64,000 nt of DNA from Mobula hypostoma (lineage: Eukaryota), in contig NC_086098.1 of the NCBI RefSeq assembly GCF_963921235.1, positions 8,928,001 to 8,992,000 of the forward strand. Direction: 5' to 3'. The notes under the pieces were generated by a model. The model was given only the letters and a program-made list of their open reading frames with translations. It ran no database searches and was not told where the DNA came from. A program made the translations under genes and the position numbers. Numbering within the stretch: position 1 is the stretch's first letter; the number at the start of each line of letters is the position of its first letter. Shown here in pieces: positions 11,945 to 25,195 of the stretch.

Positions 11945-13965
11945 TAGAGTCACAGAGTCATAGAGTCATAGAAAAGCACAGGACAGAATCAGGCTCTTCG
12001 TCCCATCTAGCCCATGCCAAACTATTTAAATTACCTCCACCCATCGACATACACCAGGACCATCAGTCTCCATACTCCTACCATCCATGTACCTACTCAA
12101 ACTTCCATTAAACATTGAAGTCGAGCTTGCATGCACCACTTGTGCTGGCAACTCTTTCCACACTGTCACCACCCCCTGAGTGAAAAAATTTTCTCTCATG
12201 TTCCCCTTAAACCACTTTTCACCTTTCACCCTTAACTCATGACCTCTAGTTGTAGTCCCAACCAACCTCAGTGGAAAAAGTCTGCTTGCTTTTATCTTAT
12301 CTATACCCCTTATAATTTTGTACACCTCTATCAAATCTCCTCTCAGTCTTCTACATCCCAAGAAATAAAGTCCTGACATATTCAATCTTTCCTTATAACT
12401 TAGATCCTTCAGGCCCAACAACATCCCTGTAAATTTTTTCTGCATTCTTTCAACATTATTACATCTTCACTGCAGGTAGAGAATAGAGCATAGATCATAG
12501 AACAGTATCACACAAGAACAGGCCCTCAGCCCATATTGTGCCAAACCAAATAAATTGAAGATCAAATGGTCAACTTACCTAATCCAGTTTGCCTACACAA
12601 TGTCCTTATCCTTCCGTTTTCCTCATATTCACGTGCCTATCTAAACATCTCTTAAAAGTCTCTCACGTATCTGCCTTTATCAATACCCCAGGCAGCACAT
12701 TCCAGGCACCCATCACTTAAAAAATACAACTTGCCTCTCACATCTTTGAAATTATACCTGCATCTTAAATGCATGCCCTCTGCTATTCAAACTTGGGAAG
12801 TAGATACTGTCTACTCTATTTATGTCTCTCATAACCTTATAAGTATCAGATCTCCCATCAGTCTCCACTGCTCGAGAAAGAACCGTTGTCTCGGGATAGC
12901 ATCTGCCCTCTAAATCCAGGCAGCATCCCGGTGAACCTCCTCCACACCCCTCCAAAGCCTCAACATCCTTCCTGTAATGGGGCAACCAGAATTGGATGCA
13001 ATACTCCAGATGTGGCCTTACTAGAGAGTTTTATAAAGCTGCAACATACAGTAACTTCCTGCCTTTTTAGCTCTGCGTCAACTAATAAACACAAGCATGC
13101 TGTATGCTGCCTTAACCCCCTTAACAGCCTGCAAAGCCATTTTCATGGAGCTATGAATTTAGGGTGAAGAACCAACTGCTCATCATCACTGTTAAGGGTC
13201 CTGCCTTTAAGTGTAGTGTCTCTACATTTGACCGAGTTACAACACATTTGGCTAGGTTAAACTCCACTCCACCTGCCATTTAGGTGACTAAATCTGCACA
13301 CAATACTCTAAATTAGGTGTCATCAATGTCTTATACAACCCTATCTACCTGTGATGCCACTTCCAACGAATTATGGACCTGTATTCGCAGATCCCTTTGT
13401 TCTTCTGCATTCTTCAGTGCTCAACTCTTCATTGTGTAAGACCTACCTCGGTTGGTCCTACTGAAGTGCAACACCTCACACTTGTCTGCATTAAATTCCA
13501 TCTGCCATTTCTCAGCCCATTTTTCCAGTTGATCACTGCAAGCCATGATAGTTTTCCTCACTGTCCACTACACCCCCAATCTTGGTGTCATCGGCAAACT
13601 TACTGATCCAGTTCACCACATTACCATCCAGATCATTGACATAGATGACAAACAACTAAGGAATCAGCACTGATCCCTTCAACACACCACTAGTCACAGG
13701 CCTCCAGTCAGAGAGGCAACCCTCTACTACCACTCCCTGGCTTCTCCCACAAAGCCACTGTCTAATCCAATTTACTACCTCATCTTGAATGCCAAGCGAC
13801 TGAACCTCCTTGACCAACCTCCTATAGGGGCCTTGTCAAATGCCTTACTAAGGACTACTTCAACAATATCCACTGCCTTGCATTCATCAAGTTTCCACGT
13901 AACTTCCTCAAAAATTTATAAGATTGGTTAGACATGACCCTACCACGCACAAAGCTATGCTGACT
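11945..13965 (-). mobile_element. Three consecutive CR1 fragments
   Basis: ORF 12026-12445 (RLRGDLIEVYKI..TRGHEL..FFTQGVV), ORF 12752-12985 and an RT remnant at 13285-13965. (agagtcat)n tail at about 11946-11972. Confidence 0.8.
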
Positions 13966-13967
13966 AT

Positions 13968-14690
13968 CCTCCTGCCATCTGGAAAAAGGCACCGAAGCAT
14001 TCGGGCTCTCACGACCAGACTATGTAATAGTTTCTTCCCCCAACCATCAGACTCCTCAATACCCAGAGCCTGGCTTGACACCAGCCTACTGCCCCTTACT
14101 GTGCCTAATGTCTTGTTTATTATTGATTATTATTTATTGTAGTGCCTGCACTGTTTTGTGCACTTTATGCAGTCCTGGAAAGGTCTGAGGTCTAGTGTAG
14201 TTTTTGTGTTCTTTCTTACGTAGTTCAGTGTAGGTTTTGTATTGTTTCATGTAGCACCATGGTCCTGGAAAATATTGTCTCATTTTTACTATAGAGGTAT
14301 ACAAGATATTAAGAGGAATAGATAGAGTGGATAGCCAGCGCCTCTTCCCCAGGGCACCACTGCTCAATACAAGAGGACGTGGCTTTAAGGTAAGGGGTGG
14401 GAAGTTCAAGGGGGATATTAGAGGAAGGTTTTTTACTCAGAGAGTGGTTGGTGCGTGGAATGCACTGCCTGAGTCAGTGGTGGAGGCAGATACACTAGTG
14501 AAGTTTAAGAGACTACTAGACAGGTATATGGAGGAATTTAACGTGGGGGTTTATATGGGAGGCAGGGTTTGAGGGTTGGCACAACATTGTGGGCCGAAGG
14601 GCCTGTACTGTGCTGTACTATTCTATGTTCTATGTTCTGTACCAGCAGTTATGGTTGAAATTACAATAAAAAGTGACTTGACTTGACTTA
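13968..14690 (+). mobile_element. L2/Rex-like 3' fragment split by a young CR1
   Basis: LLPSGKRHRSIRALTTRLCNSFFP motif. Tail aataaaaagtgacttgacttgactt. Confidence 0.75.
14293..14637 (+). mobile_element. Young CR1 3' fragment
   Basis: Uninterrupted NTRGRGFKV..FFTQRVVGAWNALP, and a (ttctatg)n tail. Confidence 0.9.
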
Positions 14691-15495
14691 TCAGTCCATG
14701 TCTATCCAAATACTCACACAAGCAGTCTCTCGGAATATTTTCCAATAACTTTCCCACAACTGATGTCAGACTCACCAGCCTATAATTTCCTGGTTCATGT
14801 TTTCAATAACAGAACAATATTAGCTATCCTCCAATCCTCGGGCACATAAGTATGATTTAAGTATCTCCACTAGGGCCCCAGCAATTTCTGCACTTGCCTC
14901 CCACAGGGTCCAAGGGAACACCTTGTAAGGCCCTGGGGAATTATCCTCACTTATTTGCCTCAGGACAGCAAACACCTCCTTCTGTGTAATCTGTACAGGG
15001 TCTATGAAGTTGATGCCACTTTGCCTCACTTCTATAGACTCTGAGTAAATACAGATGCAAGAACTGCATTTAAGATCTCCGCCATCTGTTTTGGCTCCAT
15101 GCATGAATTACCTTTCTGGTCTTCCAGAGGACCAATTTTGTCCCATGCAATCCTTTTGCTCTTAAGATTCTTGCCCTAAGGATTCTCCTTCACCTTGTCT
15201 GCTAACCTTGTGCCTTTTTTGGTCCTCCTGGTTTCTTTCTTAAATGTTCTCTTGCATTTCCTATACTGCGTAAGCACCTCATTTGTTCCTACCTGCCTTT
15301 ACCTGCTGTAGACCTCCTTTTCTTCCTTAACCAAGTCTTCAATATCTCTTGAAAACCAGGGTCCCCTATACCCGTTATCTTTACCTTTTATTCTGACAGA
15401 CATGTACAAGCTTTGTACTGTCAAAATTTCACTTTTGAAGGCTGCCACTTAGCAAGTACACTTTTAACTGAAAATAGCCTGTCCCAATCCATTCT
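14690..15495 (-). mobile_element. CR1 ORF2 fragment (continuation of 13285-13965)
   Basis: ITQKEVFAVLRQI..SPGP motif, and ggaaattataggctggtgagtctgacatcag on the minus strand (GNYRLVSLTS). Confidence 0.75.
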
Positions 15496-15944
15496 TTTAC
15501 CATTCATTCCTCAATGATTACTGAGAATTTACAGATAACATGTAAACAGATGCCAAAATGGGGAACTACAAAGTATTTACTTTCCAACATTAACATCTTT
15601 CCCCTTGAAAGGTCCACAAGAAAATCCAACCATAAATTTCTCACAGTTTCTTATAAAACAGCGGGCCAATTAGACAATGAGGCTATGTTTTGGATCCAAG
15701 AAAAACTCTTGGGAATATCACAGAGCTGAAAGGAAACATGGGAGTGAAATGAGTCCTTTTGCCACGGAAAAGCAAATCGGTCTGTTTTCATTATTGTGTT
15801 CTTGAATGTTGGACAGATTTTTCCAAAGGCATTTCAAGAAGCTTGGGTCAACAAGGGATTTCAGGAATTATGATATGATACAGATATCACTGAAAGCAAG
15901 TAAATAAAGCCTTTAGCTGAAGTACAAAATGGGCAGGAGCACTA

Positions 15945-16132
15945 AATGACACACACAAAATGCTGGAGGAACTCAGCAGGCCAGGCAACATCTATGGAAA
16001 AGAGTATAGTCAATGTTTCGGGCTGAGACCCTTTGGCAGGATTCATGAACAAACAAAAGTGGGATGTAGGCTGAGTTCCTCCAATATTGTATGTGTGTTG
16101 CTTAGATTTCCAGTATCTGCAAATTCTCTCAA
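15945..16132. mobile_element. Inverted pair of PLE terminal repeats
   Basis: Minus copy with a degenerate hammerhead (16008-16042), followed by a plus-strand half (gctgagttcctcc...ccagtatctgca). Confidence 0.65.
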
Positions 16133-16136
16133 AGGG

Positions 16137-16508
16137 AGAAAGTGATCTGTTCTTGGTCCAAACTGAGAAAGTGATCTGTTCATTGCACAAAGTGGGAAAG
16201 TGATCCATTCATTGTACAAAGTGAGAAAGTGATCTGTTCATGGTCCAAAGTGAGAAAGCGGTCTGTTCATTGTACAGTGGGAAAGTGATCCATTTGTTGT
16301 ACAAAGTGAGAAAGTAATCCATTCATTGTACAAAGTTGGAAGGTGATCCATTTACTGTACAAAGCAAAAAAGTGATCAACTCACTGTACAAAGTGGGAAA
16401 GTGATCCATTTGTTGTACAAAGCGGGAAAGTGATCCATTCATTGTACAAAGCAAAAAAGTGATCTGTTCATTGTGCAGAGTGGGAAAGTGATCCATTCAT
16501 TGTACAAA
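16137..16508 (+). repeat. Minisatellite, about 29-bp unit, about 13 copies
   Basis: Unit aaagtgatccattcattgtacaaagtggg and variants. Confidence 0.9.
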
Positions 16509-16884
16509 ACTAAATGGATTCATGTGTTTTGCTTATAAAACCACACTGCAGGAAATCTCTGCTGAAGCTGGGAAGGGAACAGTGCAGATACTCCTGAATG
16601 ATAACAAGGCTAAAATGTGTTTTTTATTCTGTTGGAATTAGGAAGTCTAAGAAAAGACTAATCAAAGCCTTTAAGATAGTAACATTATTTATATGGCCCA
16701 TAGGGCAGATCTCAAGAGACATTTTAAAAAGGACATAATATTCAAATTATGCCATTTTAGTTTATTAAATATAAATATTAAAATTAATCTCAAGGCAGTT
16801 TCATCATCAGACATTATGTGCTGTGTCATATGACATGACCGATCATGGTCTTTGACCATAATTGTTCGAGGCAAATTTTTCTAA

Positions 16885-17490
16885 AGAGGTGCTATCATTA
16901 GAAAGAGGTGACATAGGGTTGGAAGGCGTTGAATCATTGTGGATAGAGCTAAGGAATTGCAAAGGTAAAAAGACCCTGATAGGAGTTGTATACAGACCCC
17001 CAAACAGTGGTAAGGATGTGGCCTGCAAATTACAACGGGAGATAGAAAATGCACGCCAAAAGGGCAATGTTACAATAGTCATGGGGATTTCTATATGCAG
17101 GTAAATTGGGAATATCAGGTTGGTGCTGGATTACAGGAGGGGGGAGTTTGTAGAGTGCCTACAGGATGACTTTTTTGAGCAGCTTTTGCTTGAACCGCTA
17201 GAGGATCAGCTGTTCTGGATTCAGTGTGGTGCAATGAACCAGAGTTGATTAGCGAGCTTAAGGTAAAACAACCCTTAGGGGTAAATGATCATAATATGAT
17301 CAGATTCAACCATAGCTCGCAAGAGAAGTCAAAGCCAACAAAAAAAAGCCAAAAGAAGGGAATATAATAGAGCAAAAGTTAGTGGAAATTTAGAGGATTA
17401 GGAAGCTTTTAAGAACCAACATAAGGCAACTAAAAAGTCATTAAGAAGGTAAAGATGGAATACAAAAATAAGCTAGTCAATAATAATTCT
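16885..17490 (+). mobile_element. CR1 ORF2 APE-endonuclease fragment
   Basis: VESLWIELRNCKGKKTLIGVVYRPPNS..IVMG motif. Confidence 0.85.
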
Positions 17491-17499
17491 TCAATAGGT

Positions 17500-19287
17500 T
17501 TGACAGGTGCCCTCCTGTTCACATCCCCCTCAGCACACCAGTCCAGGTGCCAAGGCACCCTATGCTCCTTCAGCACCAATGCCTCCCCTCCTCTCTCCTC
17601 CCCCCTCCAGTTCCACACATAGATGAACCACAAAGGCTAACTCTGTCTACATCCCTTCCTTGCCCTTTACCTACCATTCACACCTCCATATACCAACTGC
17701 TACCGTCCTGATCTTCACCTCCCCGAGACCCCACTTTCTACCAACTCTCCTGTCAACGTGGACTCACCTTCACTACTGAGCAGGTGAGAAAGGCTCTGGG
17801 GAAATTCAGACACGGCAAAACATTGGGACTGGATGGTGTGAACCCCAGGGTCCTGAAGGAGAGTGCTGAGCTGTTGTGTGGAGTTCTCCAGCACACTTTC
17901 AATCTGAGTCTCAGCCTGGAAAGGGCCCCAGCTGTGCGGAAAACATCATGTGTGGCTCCAGTACCCAAGAAGGGCCAACCTAAAGTCATCGATGACTACC
18001 GTCCAGTGGCCCTGATCTCACACATCATGAAGACTCTAGAAAGGCTGGCCCTGTCTCACCTCTGACCCTGGTCAGATCAGCTCTCGATCCCTGCAAGTGC
18101 CTACCAGGAGCACACTGGAGTTGACAATGCGTCATCTACTGTACCTGCTGAATAGAGCCTACTCCTGTTTGGATAAGCAGGGCAGCACTGTGAGGATCAT
18201 GTTTTTTGCTTTCTCAAGTGCCTTCGATACCATACAGCCCTCACTGTTGTGGGAAAAGCTCCATTCAGTGCAGGTTTTCACTCCCACTATATCCTGGATA
18301 ATGGACGACCTGAATGGCAGACCACAGTTGGTGCAGCTTCAGAGCTGTGTGTCAGACATGGCTATGAGCAGCACTGGGGCCCCACAGGGGACTGTATTGA
18401 CTCCCTTCCTGTTTCCCCTGTATACCTCAGACTTTAGATAGAATACTGAGTCATGTCATCTGCAGAAATTCCCTGATGACTCAGCAATAGTTGGGTGTAT
18501 AAAGGGAGGGCGGGAGGATAAATATAGGATCCTGGTGAAGGACTTTGTCAAATGGTGCAAGCTGAATCATCCGCGGCTCAACGTCAGTAAGACGAAGGAG
18601 ATGGTGATTGATTTTAGGAAGACTAAGCCTACTCTGCTCCCTGTTTCTATTGAAGATGAGGATGTGGATGTGGTGAGGACCTACAAGTTTCTGGGGATGC
18701 ATTTGGATGACAGACTTGAATGGAGCACCAACACAGAGACTGTGTAAAAGAAGGACCAGAGTCTCCTCTACTTCCTGAGGAGATGGAGATCCATTGGATT
18801 ATGCAGGCCTCTCCCTCACATGTTCTACTAGTCTGTTGGCGTCAAAACAAACTTCTAAGCGGTGGTGTGCTGGGGCAATGGCATCAACACAGGTGATGCC
18901 AACAGGCTCAATGAACTGAGTAGAAAGTCTGGATCTGTTATAGGAGTCAAACAGGACACACTGGAGGCTGTGGTAGAACAAAGGACCCTCTGGAAAATAC
19001 TGGCAATTCTGGACAATGCTTCTCACCCTCTGCATGCCACATTTAATAATAGACTAAGACAACTGTGCTGCTGCAAAGAGCACTCTATGAGGTCATTCTT
19101 ATCCTCGGCCATGAGGCTCTATAATGAGTCAAACTACAGCCAGGGAAGTGACGACCCCCCCCCCCCCACAACCCACCATCCTGTTAAACTGTTTAAGGTA
19201 ACTTATTTGTTTATTCTTTCTTACTTCTCTTCTAATATTTGTGTATCTGTGCATTTATAATGCTACTGTGACACTGTAATTTCCTTT
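17500..19287 (+). mobile_element. Rex1/Babar LINE, decayed RT to 3' end
   Basis: DGVNPRVLK..DYRPVAL, VRIMFF.FSSAFDTIQP, GAPQGTVL.PFLF.LYTSD, LQKFPDD, LNVSKTKEMVIDFR. Frameshifts and stops present. Confidence 0.9.
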
Positions 19288-20033
19288 GCTTCAAGGCTTG
19301 AGAAAATCTGCCAAGCAGAGCTCAACACTAAAAATATAACAAAGGCAATAAACACTTTCACTACAGCCATATTAACATATTCTTTTGGCATATATTTTGG
19401 TCTGAAACTGAACTGGAAAATTTACAAAGAAAAATAAGAAATGGAGTGACAAATTTCAGAAAATATTATGTACACTTGAATGCACTTAGGTTAACACTCC
19501 CTGGGTCAGAAGGGGAAAGGGGAATAACAGACATTATAAATCTACACAACAGTCAGATAAAATTTCTGTGGGTATACTTTCATAACTGAAAACAGGGTTC
19601 ACTCCATGTGAGCATATGCAATTCTGATAAGAAGAATACACCATTAAACTTAAATAAGAGCACAGCCCAGAAAAATGAATACATTATCACTATTGAAGAA
19701 AAGGTTAATCAATGGAAGAGCGTGACCTTCCATGGAAGACATGCCCTCGATCTGAGCAGACTAGATGTCAACAAGGAAGCGTCAAACGCCTGGCTTAGAG
19801 CTGGAGATCTCTTCACAGAAACAGAAAGGTTCCTTGTGCCGACACAGAGCCAGTGGTTAACACAAAAAAAAATCAAAAATACACAATAAAAGATCAACAA
19901 ATCCAAGGTGGTAAATGTAGAAAATACTCAGAGAAAAAAACAGAAGCTATCCAACACATTACAGGATCCTGTAGCAGTTTACCTCAATCTGATTACTTGC
20001 ACAAGCACAATCAAGTGGCAAACATAATTCATC

Positions 20034-21370
20034 GACTCTCACAGCTACCTGGACTATTCCCTTTCCCACCCTGTCTCTTGCAAAAATGCCACCCCCTTCT
20101 CGCAATTCCTCCGTCTCCACCACATCTGCTCTCAGGATGAGGCTTTTCATTCCAAGACGAAGGAGATGTCTTCCTTTTTTAAAGAAAGAGGCTTCCCTTC
20201 CTCCACCGTCAACTCTGCTCTCAAACGCATCTCTCCCATTTCACGCACATCTGCTCTCACCCCATCCTCCCGCCACCCCACTAGGAATAGGGTTCCCGTT
20301 GTCCTTACCTGCCTACCACCCCTCCAGCCTCTGGGTCCAACATATAATTCTCCGTAACTTCCGCCACCCCCAACGGGATCCCACCACCAAGCATATCTTT
20401 CCCTCCCCCACCCTTTCTGCTTTCCACAGGGATCGCTCCCTACGCAACTCCCTTGTCCATTCATCCCACCCATTCCTCCCCACTGATCTCCCTCCTGGCA
20501 CTTATCCGTGTAAGCGGAACAAGTGCTACACATGCCCTTACACTTCCTCCCTTACCACCATTCAGGACCCCAGACAGTCCTTCCAGGTGAGGTGACACTT
20601 CACCTGTGAGTCGGCTGGGGTGATATACCGCGTCCAGTGCTTCCAGTCCAGCCTTCTATATATTGGCGAGACCCGACACAGACTGGGAGACCGCTTTGCT
20701 GAACACCTACGCTCTGTCCGCCAGAGAAAGCAGGATCTCCCAGTGGCCACATATTTTAATTCCATGTCCCATTCCCATTCTGATATGTCTATCCATGGCC
20801 TCCTCTACTGTCAAGATGAAGCCACACTCAGGTTGGAGGAACAACACCTTATATTCCATCTGGGTAGCCTCCAACCAGATGGCATGAACATTGACTTCTC
20901 TAACTTTCGTTAATGCCCCTCCTCCCCTTCACACCCCATCCCTTATTTATTTATTTTATATATATTTTTCCCTTTTTTTTCTCTCTTTTTTCTCCCTCTG
21001 TCCCTCTCACTGTAACTCCTTGCCTGCTCTCCACCCTCCGGGCTCCCCTCCCCACTTCTCTCTCTCCCCAGGCATCCCGTCCCATGATCCTCTCCCTTCT
21101 CCAGTCTGGTATCCCTTTTGCTAATCAACTTTCCAGCTGTTAGATCCGCCCCTCCCCTCCTGTCTTCTCCTATCATTTCAGATCTCCCCCTCCCCCTCCT
21201 ACTTTCAAATCTCTTACTATCTCTTCTTTCAGTTAGTCCTGACGAAGGGTCCCGGCCCGAAACGTCGTCTGTACCTCTTCCTAGAGATGCTGCCTGGCCT
21301 GCTGCGTTCTACCAGCACTTTTTGTGTGTGTTGCTTGAATTTCCAGCATCTGCAGATTTCCTCGTGTCTG
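20034..21370 (+). mobile_element. Penelope-like element (Neptune type), 5'-truncated, GIY-YIG endonuclease
   Basis: PCKRNKCYTC knuckle and VIY..C...LYIGET..RLGDRFAEHLRSV..RLEEQHLIF.LGSLQPDGMN. TSD cataattcatc at 20023-20033 and 21371-21381. Confidence 0.92.
21235..21271 (+). ncRNA. Minimal type I hammerhead ribozyme motif in PLE terminal repeat
   Basis: agtc CTGACGA a gggtc cc ggccc GAAA cg TC gtctg. Predicted cleavage after C21266. Confidence 0.75.
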
Positions 21371-22149
21371 CATAATTCATCAAAATCTTGCTTTAAAATA
21401 CAAACTCATAAATGAAATCATGCAAGCCTGATAGCCTGATCCAGTTTTAGAGTCAGCACACCAGAGATTATATTATGATCGACCAGTTGTTACGATAGGG
21501 CAATCCATAATAACCGTCTGGATATAATAACACAGGGTAAACAAGGGCAATTTATTTACTAGATATAGCCATTCCAAACACACATAACATATAGATATCA
21601 GTAAGTGAAAAACAGTAGAAATATGTTGAATACAAAGAGGAAATTGAAAGACTATGGAATATGATCAAGGTATGCATTGTCCCAATAGGGATATCTACAA
21701 GTGGTTTCATCCCCAAGGAGTAATAGAGCTGAGGATGAGGTAGTTGGTTTACAAACAGAGGCAGTGTGCAGTGAGACTGCTAGCAAGGAGAGGCTGGTGA
21801 TAGGGAAAAATTGCAGTCAACAGGATGAGTTGCGTTGTAAGAGGTGGAGAAAAGGGTAAATATAGGACCTAAGGTGTTATTTCTGAATGAATGCAGTATA
21901 GTGTTAGAGAGTCATAAGGAAGTACAGTACAAATACAGGCTCTTGGCCCATCTAGTCCATGCAAAACCAATTAAACTGCTTACGTCCATTGACATGCACT
22001 GGGACCATAACTCTCCATACCCTTAACTATCTAAAATTCTCTGAAACATTGATATCGAGCTCACATGCGCTTACTTGTGCTGGTATATGGACTAAGGTAG
22101 ATGAACAGTTACAGCTTGGCATCTATGATGTGTGGTTGTGGTTGAATGA

Positions 22150-22584
22150 AGATTAGGGTAAAAGGAGAAAGGGTTGAGTGAACTCGGCCTTTTCTCCTTG
22201 GAGCGACAGAGGATGAGAGGTGACCTGATAGAGATGTATAAGATGATGAGAGGCATTGATTTTGTGGATAGTCAGAGGCTTTTTCCCAGGGCTGAAATGG
22301 CTGCCACAAGAGGACAGTTTTAAGGTGCTTGGAAGTATGTACAGAGGAGATGGCAGGGGTAGATTTTTTATGCAGAAAGTGGTGAGTGCATGGAGTGGGC
22401 TGCCGGCAACAGTGGTGGGGGCGGATACGATAGGGTCTTTTAAGAGACTTTGGGATAGGTACATGGAGCTTAGAAAAATAGAGGACTATGGGTAACCCTA
22501 GTAATTTCTAAGGTAGGGACATGTTCGGCACAACTTCGTGGGCTGGAGGGCCTGTATTGTGCTGTAGGTTTTTCTATGTTTCTA
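22150..22584 (+). mobile_element. CR1 3' fragment
   Basis: RFFMQKVVSAWSGLP, with tail ttctatgtttcta. Same subfamily as 41633-41918. Confidence 0.85.
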
Positions 22585-25195
22585 AGAAAGGGTAACAAGA
22601 CCCTGATGGGAGTTACATACAGACCCCAAACAGTAGTAAAGACATGGTCTACAAATTACAATGAGAGATAGAAAATACATGTGTAAAAGGGCAACGTTAC
22701 GATAGTCATGGGGGATGTCAATATGCAGGTTGATTGGGAAAATCAGGACAGTGGAGGATTGCAAGAGGGGGATTTCTAGAATGCCTACAAGATAGCTTTT
22801 TTGAGCACCTCATAGTTGAGCCCACGAGGGGATCAGCTATTCTGGATTAGGTGTTGTGCCTTGAACCAGAATTGATTAGAGAGTATAAGGTAAAGGAACC
22901 ATTAGGGTCCAATGGTCATATGATAGTATTCATCCTGCCATTTGAGAGGGAGAAGCTAAAGTCAGATGTATCAGTATTACAGTGGAGTAAAAGGAATTAC
23001 AGAGGCATGAGAGAGGAGGTGGCCTAAATTGATTGGAAAAGAACACTGGCAGGGATGATGGTAGAGCAACGATGGCTGGAATTTCTGGGAGCAATTTGGA
23101 AGATGCAAGATATATACATCTCAATGAGGACAAAGTATTCTGGAGACTGAATGACACAACCATGGCTGACAAGAGAAGTCAGCATGGTATCCTTAAGGGA
23201 AAATCTTATCTTCTTTATGCTTAAGTGCAAATCTATTGGAATTCTTTGAAGAAGTTAACGACAGCACACACAGTCTCTCCAGTGATGAATATCTGTTTTC
23301 TGTCAAGTAGGGGACCGTGTACAATTCTGATTTGATGGAGACAGATGTGAGTGCACAGTGGAACATCTGGAAAACTTCTGAAATGCCCGCTTTGCTACCG
23401 CTGCTACTGTGTGGTAACCGGAATCTCTGGAGCTGAAGGCCTATAATCCTTGGCTTTGCGTGTTTCAGCGGCCGGGGAGAGGTCGAAGGTGCTCGGCAGA
23501 GGATGGCACTCAGGAGGCTGTATCGGAGAGGCTGCTCGGAAGCTCGGAGTTTTCGGACGGATGGACTCAGGGTCGGCTGTGGTCGGCTGCTTCCAAGGTA
23601 TCGGCAAGTTGACGGTGCCTGGAGGTTTATAGCAGGGAGTTTCTCCCTTTTGCCGCCTGCTACCGGGGACTCAGGAGTCGATCGACTCAGGGACTTTGAG
23701 ACTATTTTTTTTACTGTGCCTATGGACTGTTCTTCATCAAATTATGGTATTGCTTTGCACTGCTGTAACTATATGTTATAATTATGTGGTTCTGTCAGTG
23801 TTAGCCTTTGGTCTGTCTTGTTTTCTGTGATATCACGCCGGAGAAACATTGTATCATTTCTTCATGCATGTATGCATTTCTAAATGACAGTAAAAGAGGA
23901 CTGAGTGTTCTCATAATCTAAATAAATAAATAAATCTAAATAAATTTCACAACACATGCGGGTGATAATAGACCTGATTCTGATTCTGAGAAATAACAAG
24001 CACGATAGACAAAGGAGAATTGATGGATGTTGTGTACTTGGATTTTCAGGAAGCTTATGACAAGGTACCACACATTAAGCTGCTTAACAAGATATAAGCC
24101 CATGGTATTACAGGAAATATTCTAGCATGTATAAAGCCGTGGCTGATTGGAAGGAGGCAAAGAATGGGAATAAAGGGAGTTTTTCTCATTGGATTCGTCT
24201 GACTCGTAGTGTTCTCCAGGGGTCTGTGTTGGGACTGCTTCTTTTTATGCTCTATGTCAATGATTTGGATGACAGAATTGATGGCTTTGTGAACAAGGTC
24301 GTGGACGATACAAAGATAGGTGGAGGGGCAAGTAGCGTTGAGGAAGCAGAGAGTCTACAGAAGATGGATTAGGAGAATGGGCAAATCCTGTATATGGCAG
24401 ATGGAATACAGTGTCAGGAATTGTATGATCATGCATTTTGGTAGAAGAAATAGAAGCATGGACTATTTTTTAAATGGAAAGAAAATTCAAAAATCTGAGG
24501 GGCAACAAGACTTGGGGTACCTCATGCAGGATTCCCTAAAGGTAAATTTGCAGGTTGAGATGGTGCTGAGGAAGGCAAATGCAATGTTAGCATCCATTTC
24601 CAGAGGACTAGAATATAAAAGCAAGGATGTAGTGTTGAGGGTTTATAAAGCACTGGTGAGGCCTTACTTGGAGTATTGTGAGTACTTTTGGGCCCCTTAT
24701 CTAAGAAAGGATGTGCTGACATTGGACAGAATTCAAATGATATTCACGAAAATGATTCCAGGATTGAAAGATTTATCATATAAGGACCTTTTTTGCCTCT
24801 ACTCTCTGGAATTCAGAAGAATGAGGGGTGACCTCATTGAAACCTATCAAATGGTGAAAGACCTTGATAGAGTGGATGTGGAGAGGATATTTCTTATGGT
24901 GGAGGAGTCTAAGACTAGAGGACACAGCCTCAGAATAGAGGAGCATCTTTTGAAAATGGTATTGAGAGGAATTTCTTTAGCCAGGCAGTGGTGAATCTGT
25001 GGAGGCCAAGTCATTGGGTGTAGTTAAGGCAGAGGTTGATACATTTTTGATTAGGCAGGGTATGAAAGGATATGATAGGAAGGCAAGAGATTGGGTCTGA
25101 GAGGAAAGTGGATCAGTCATGATGAAATGGCTGAGCAGATTCAATGGGCCAAATGGCCTAATTCTGCTCCCATATCTTATGATCTCATGGTCTAA
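22585..25195 (+). mobile_element. Decayed CR1 ORF2 (APE, RT, 3'UTR) with internal deletions and one insert
   Basis: YRPPNS remnant, YLDFQEAYDKVPH, LQGSVLG, VVDDTKIGG, VYKALVRPYLEYC, and tail cttatgatctcatggtct. Confidence 0.85.
23275..23925 (+). mobile_element. Non-coding interspersed repeat (non-autonomous LINE derivative)
   Basis: Colinear with 55486-56168. Ends gaggactgagtgttctcataatcta. Confidence 0.75.

Larger units (their letters stand above)
19290..21720 (+). mobile_element. R4/Dong-clade (RLE) non-LTR retrotransposon 3' part, split by a PLE
   Basis: LNTKNITKAINTF..LTYSFG, SNAWL.AGDLF.ETE, KCR..EAIQHITGSC, YLHKHNQVANIIH/QNLALKYKL. After the insert come RLE-like remnants (IHNNR.DIII, LDIAIP, IVPI). 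Confidence 0.75.

Noticed and set aside
16137..16508. CRISPR-like array
   Set aside because: Head-to-tail degenerate units with no unique spacers, no cas genes and a eukaryotic context.
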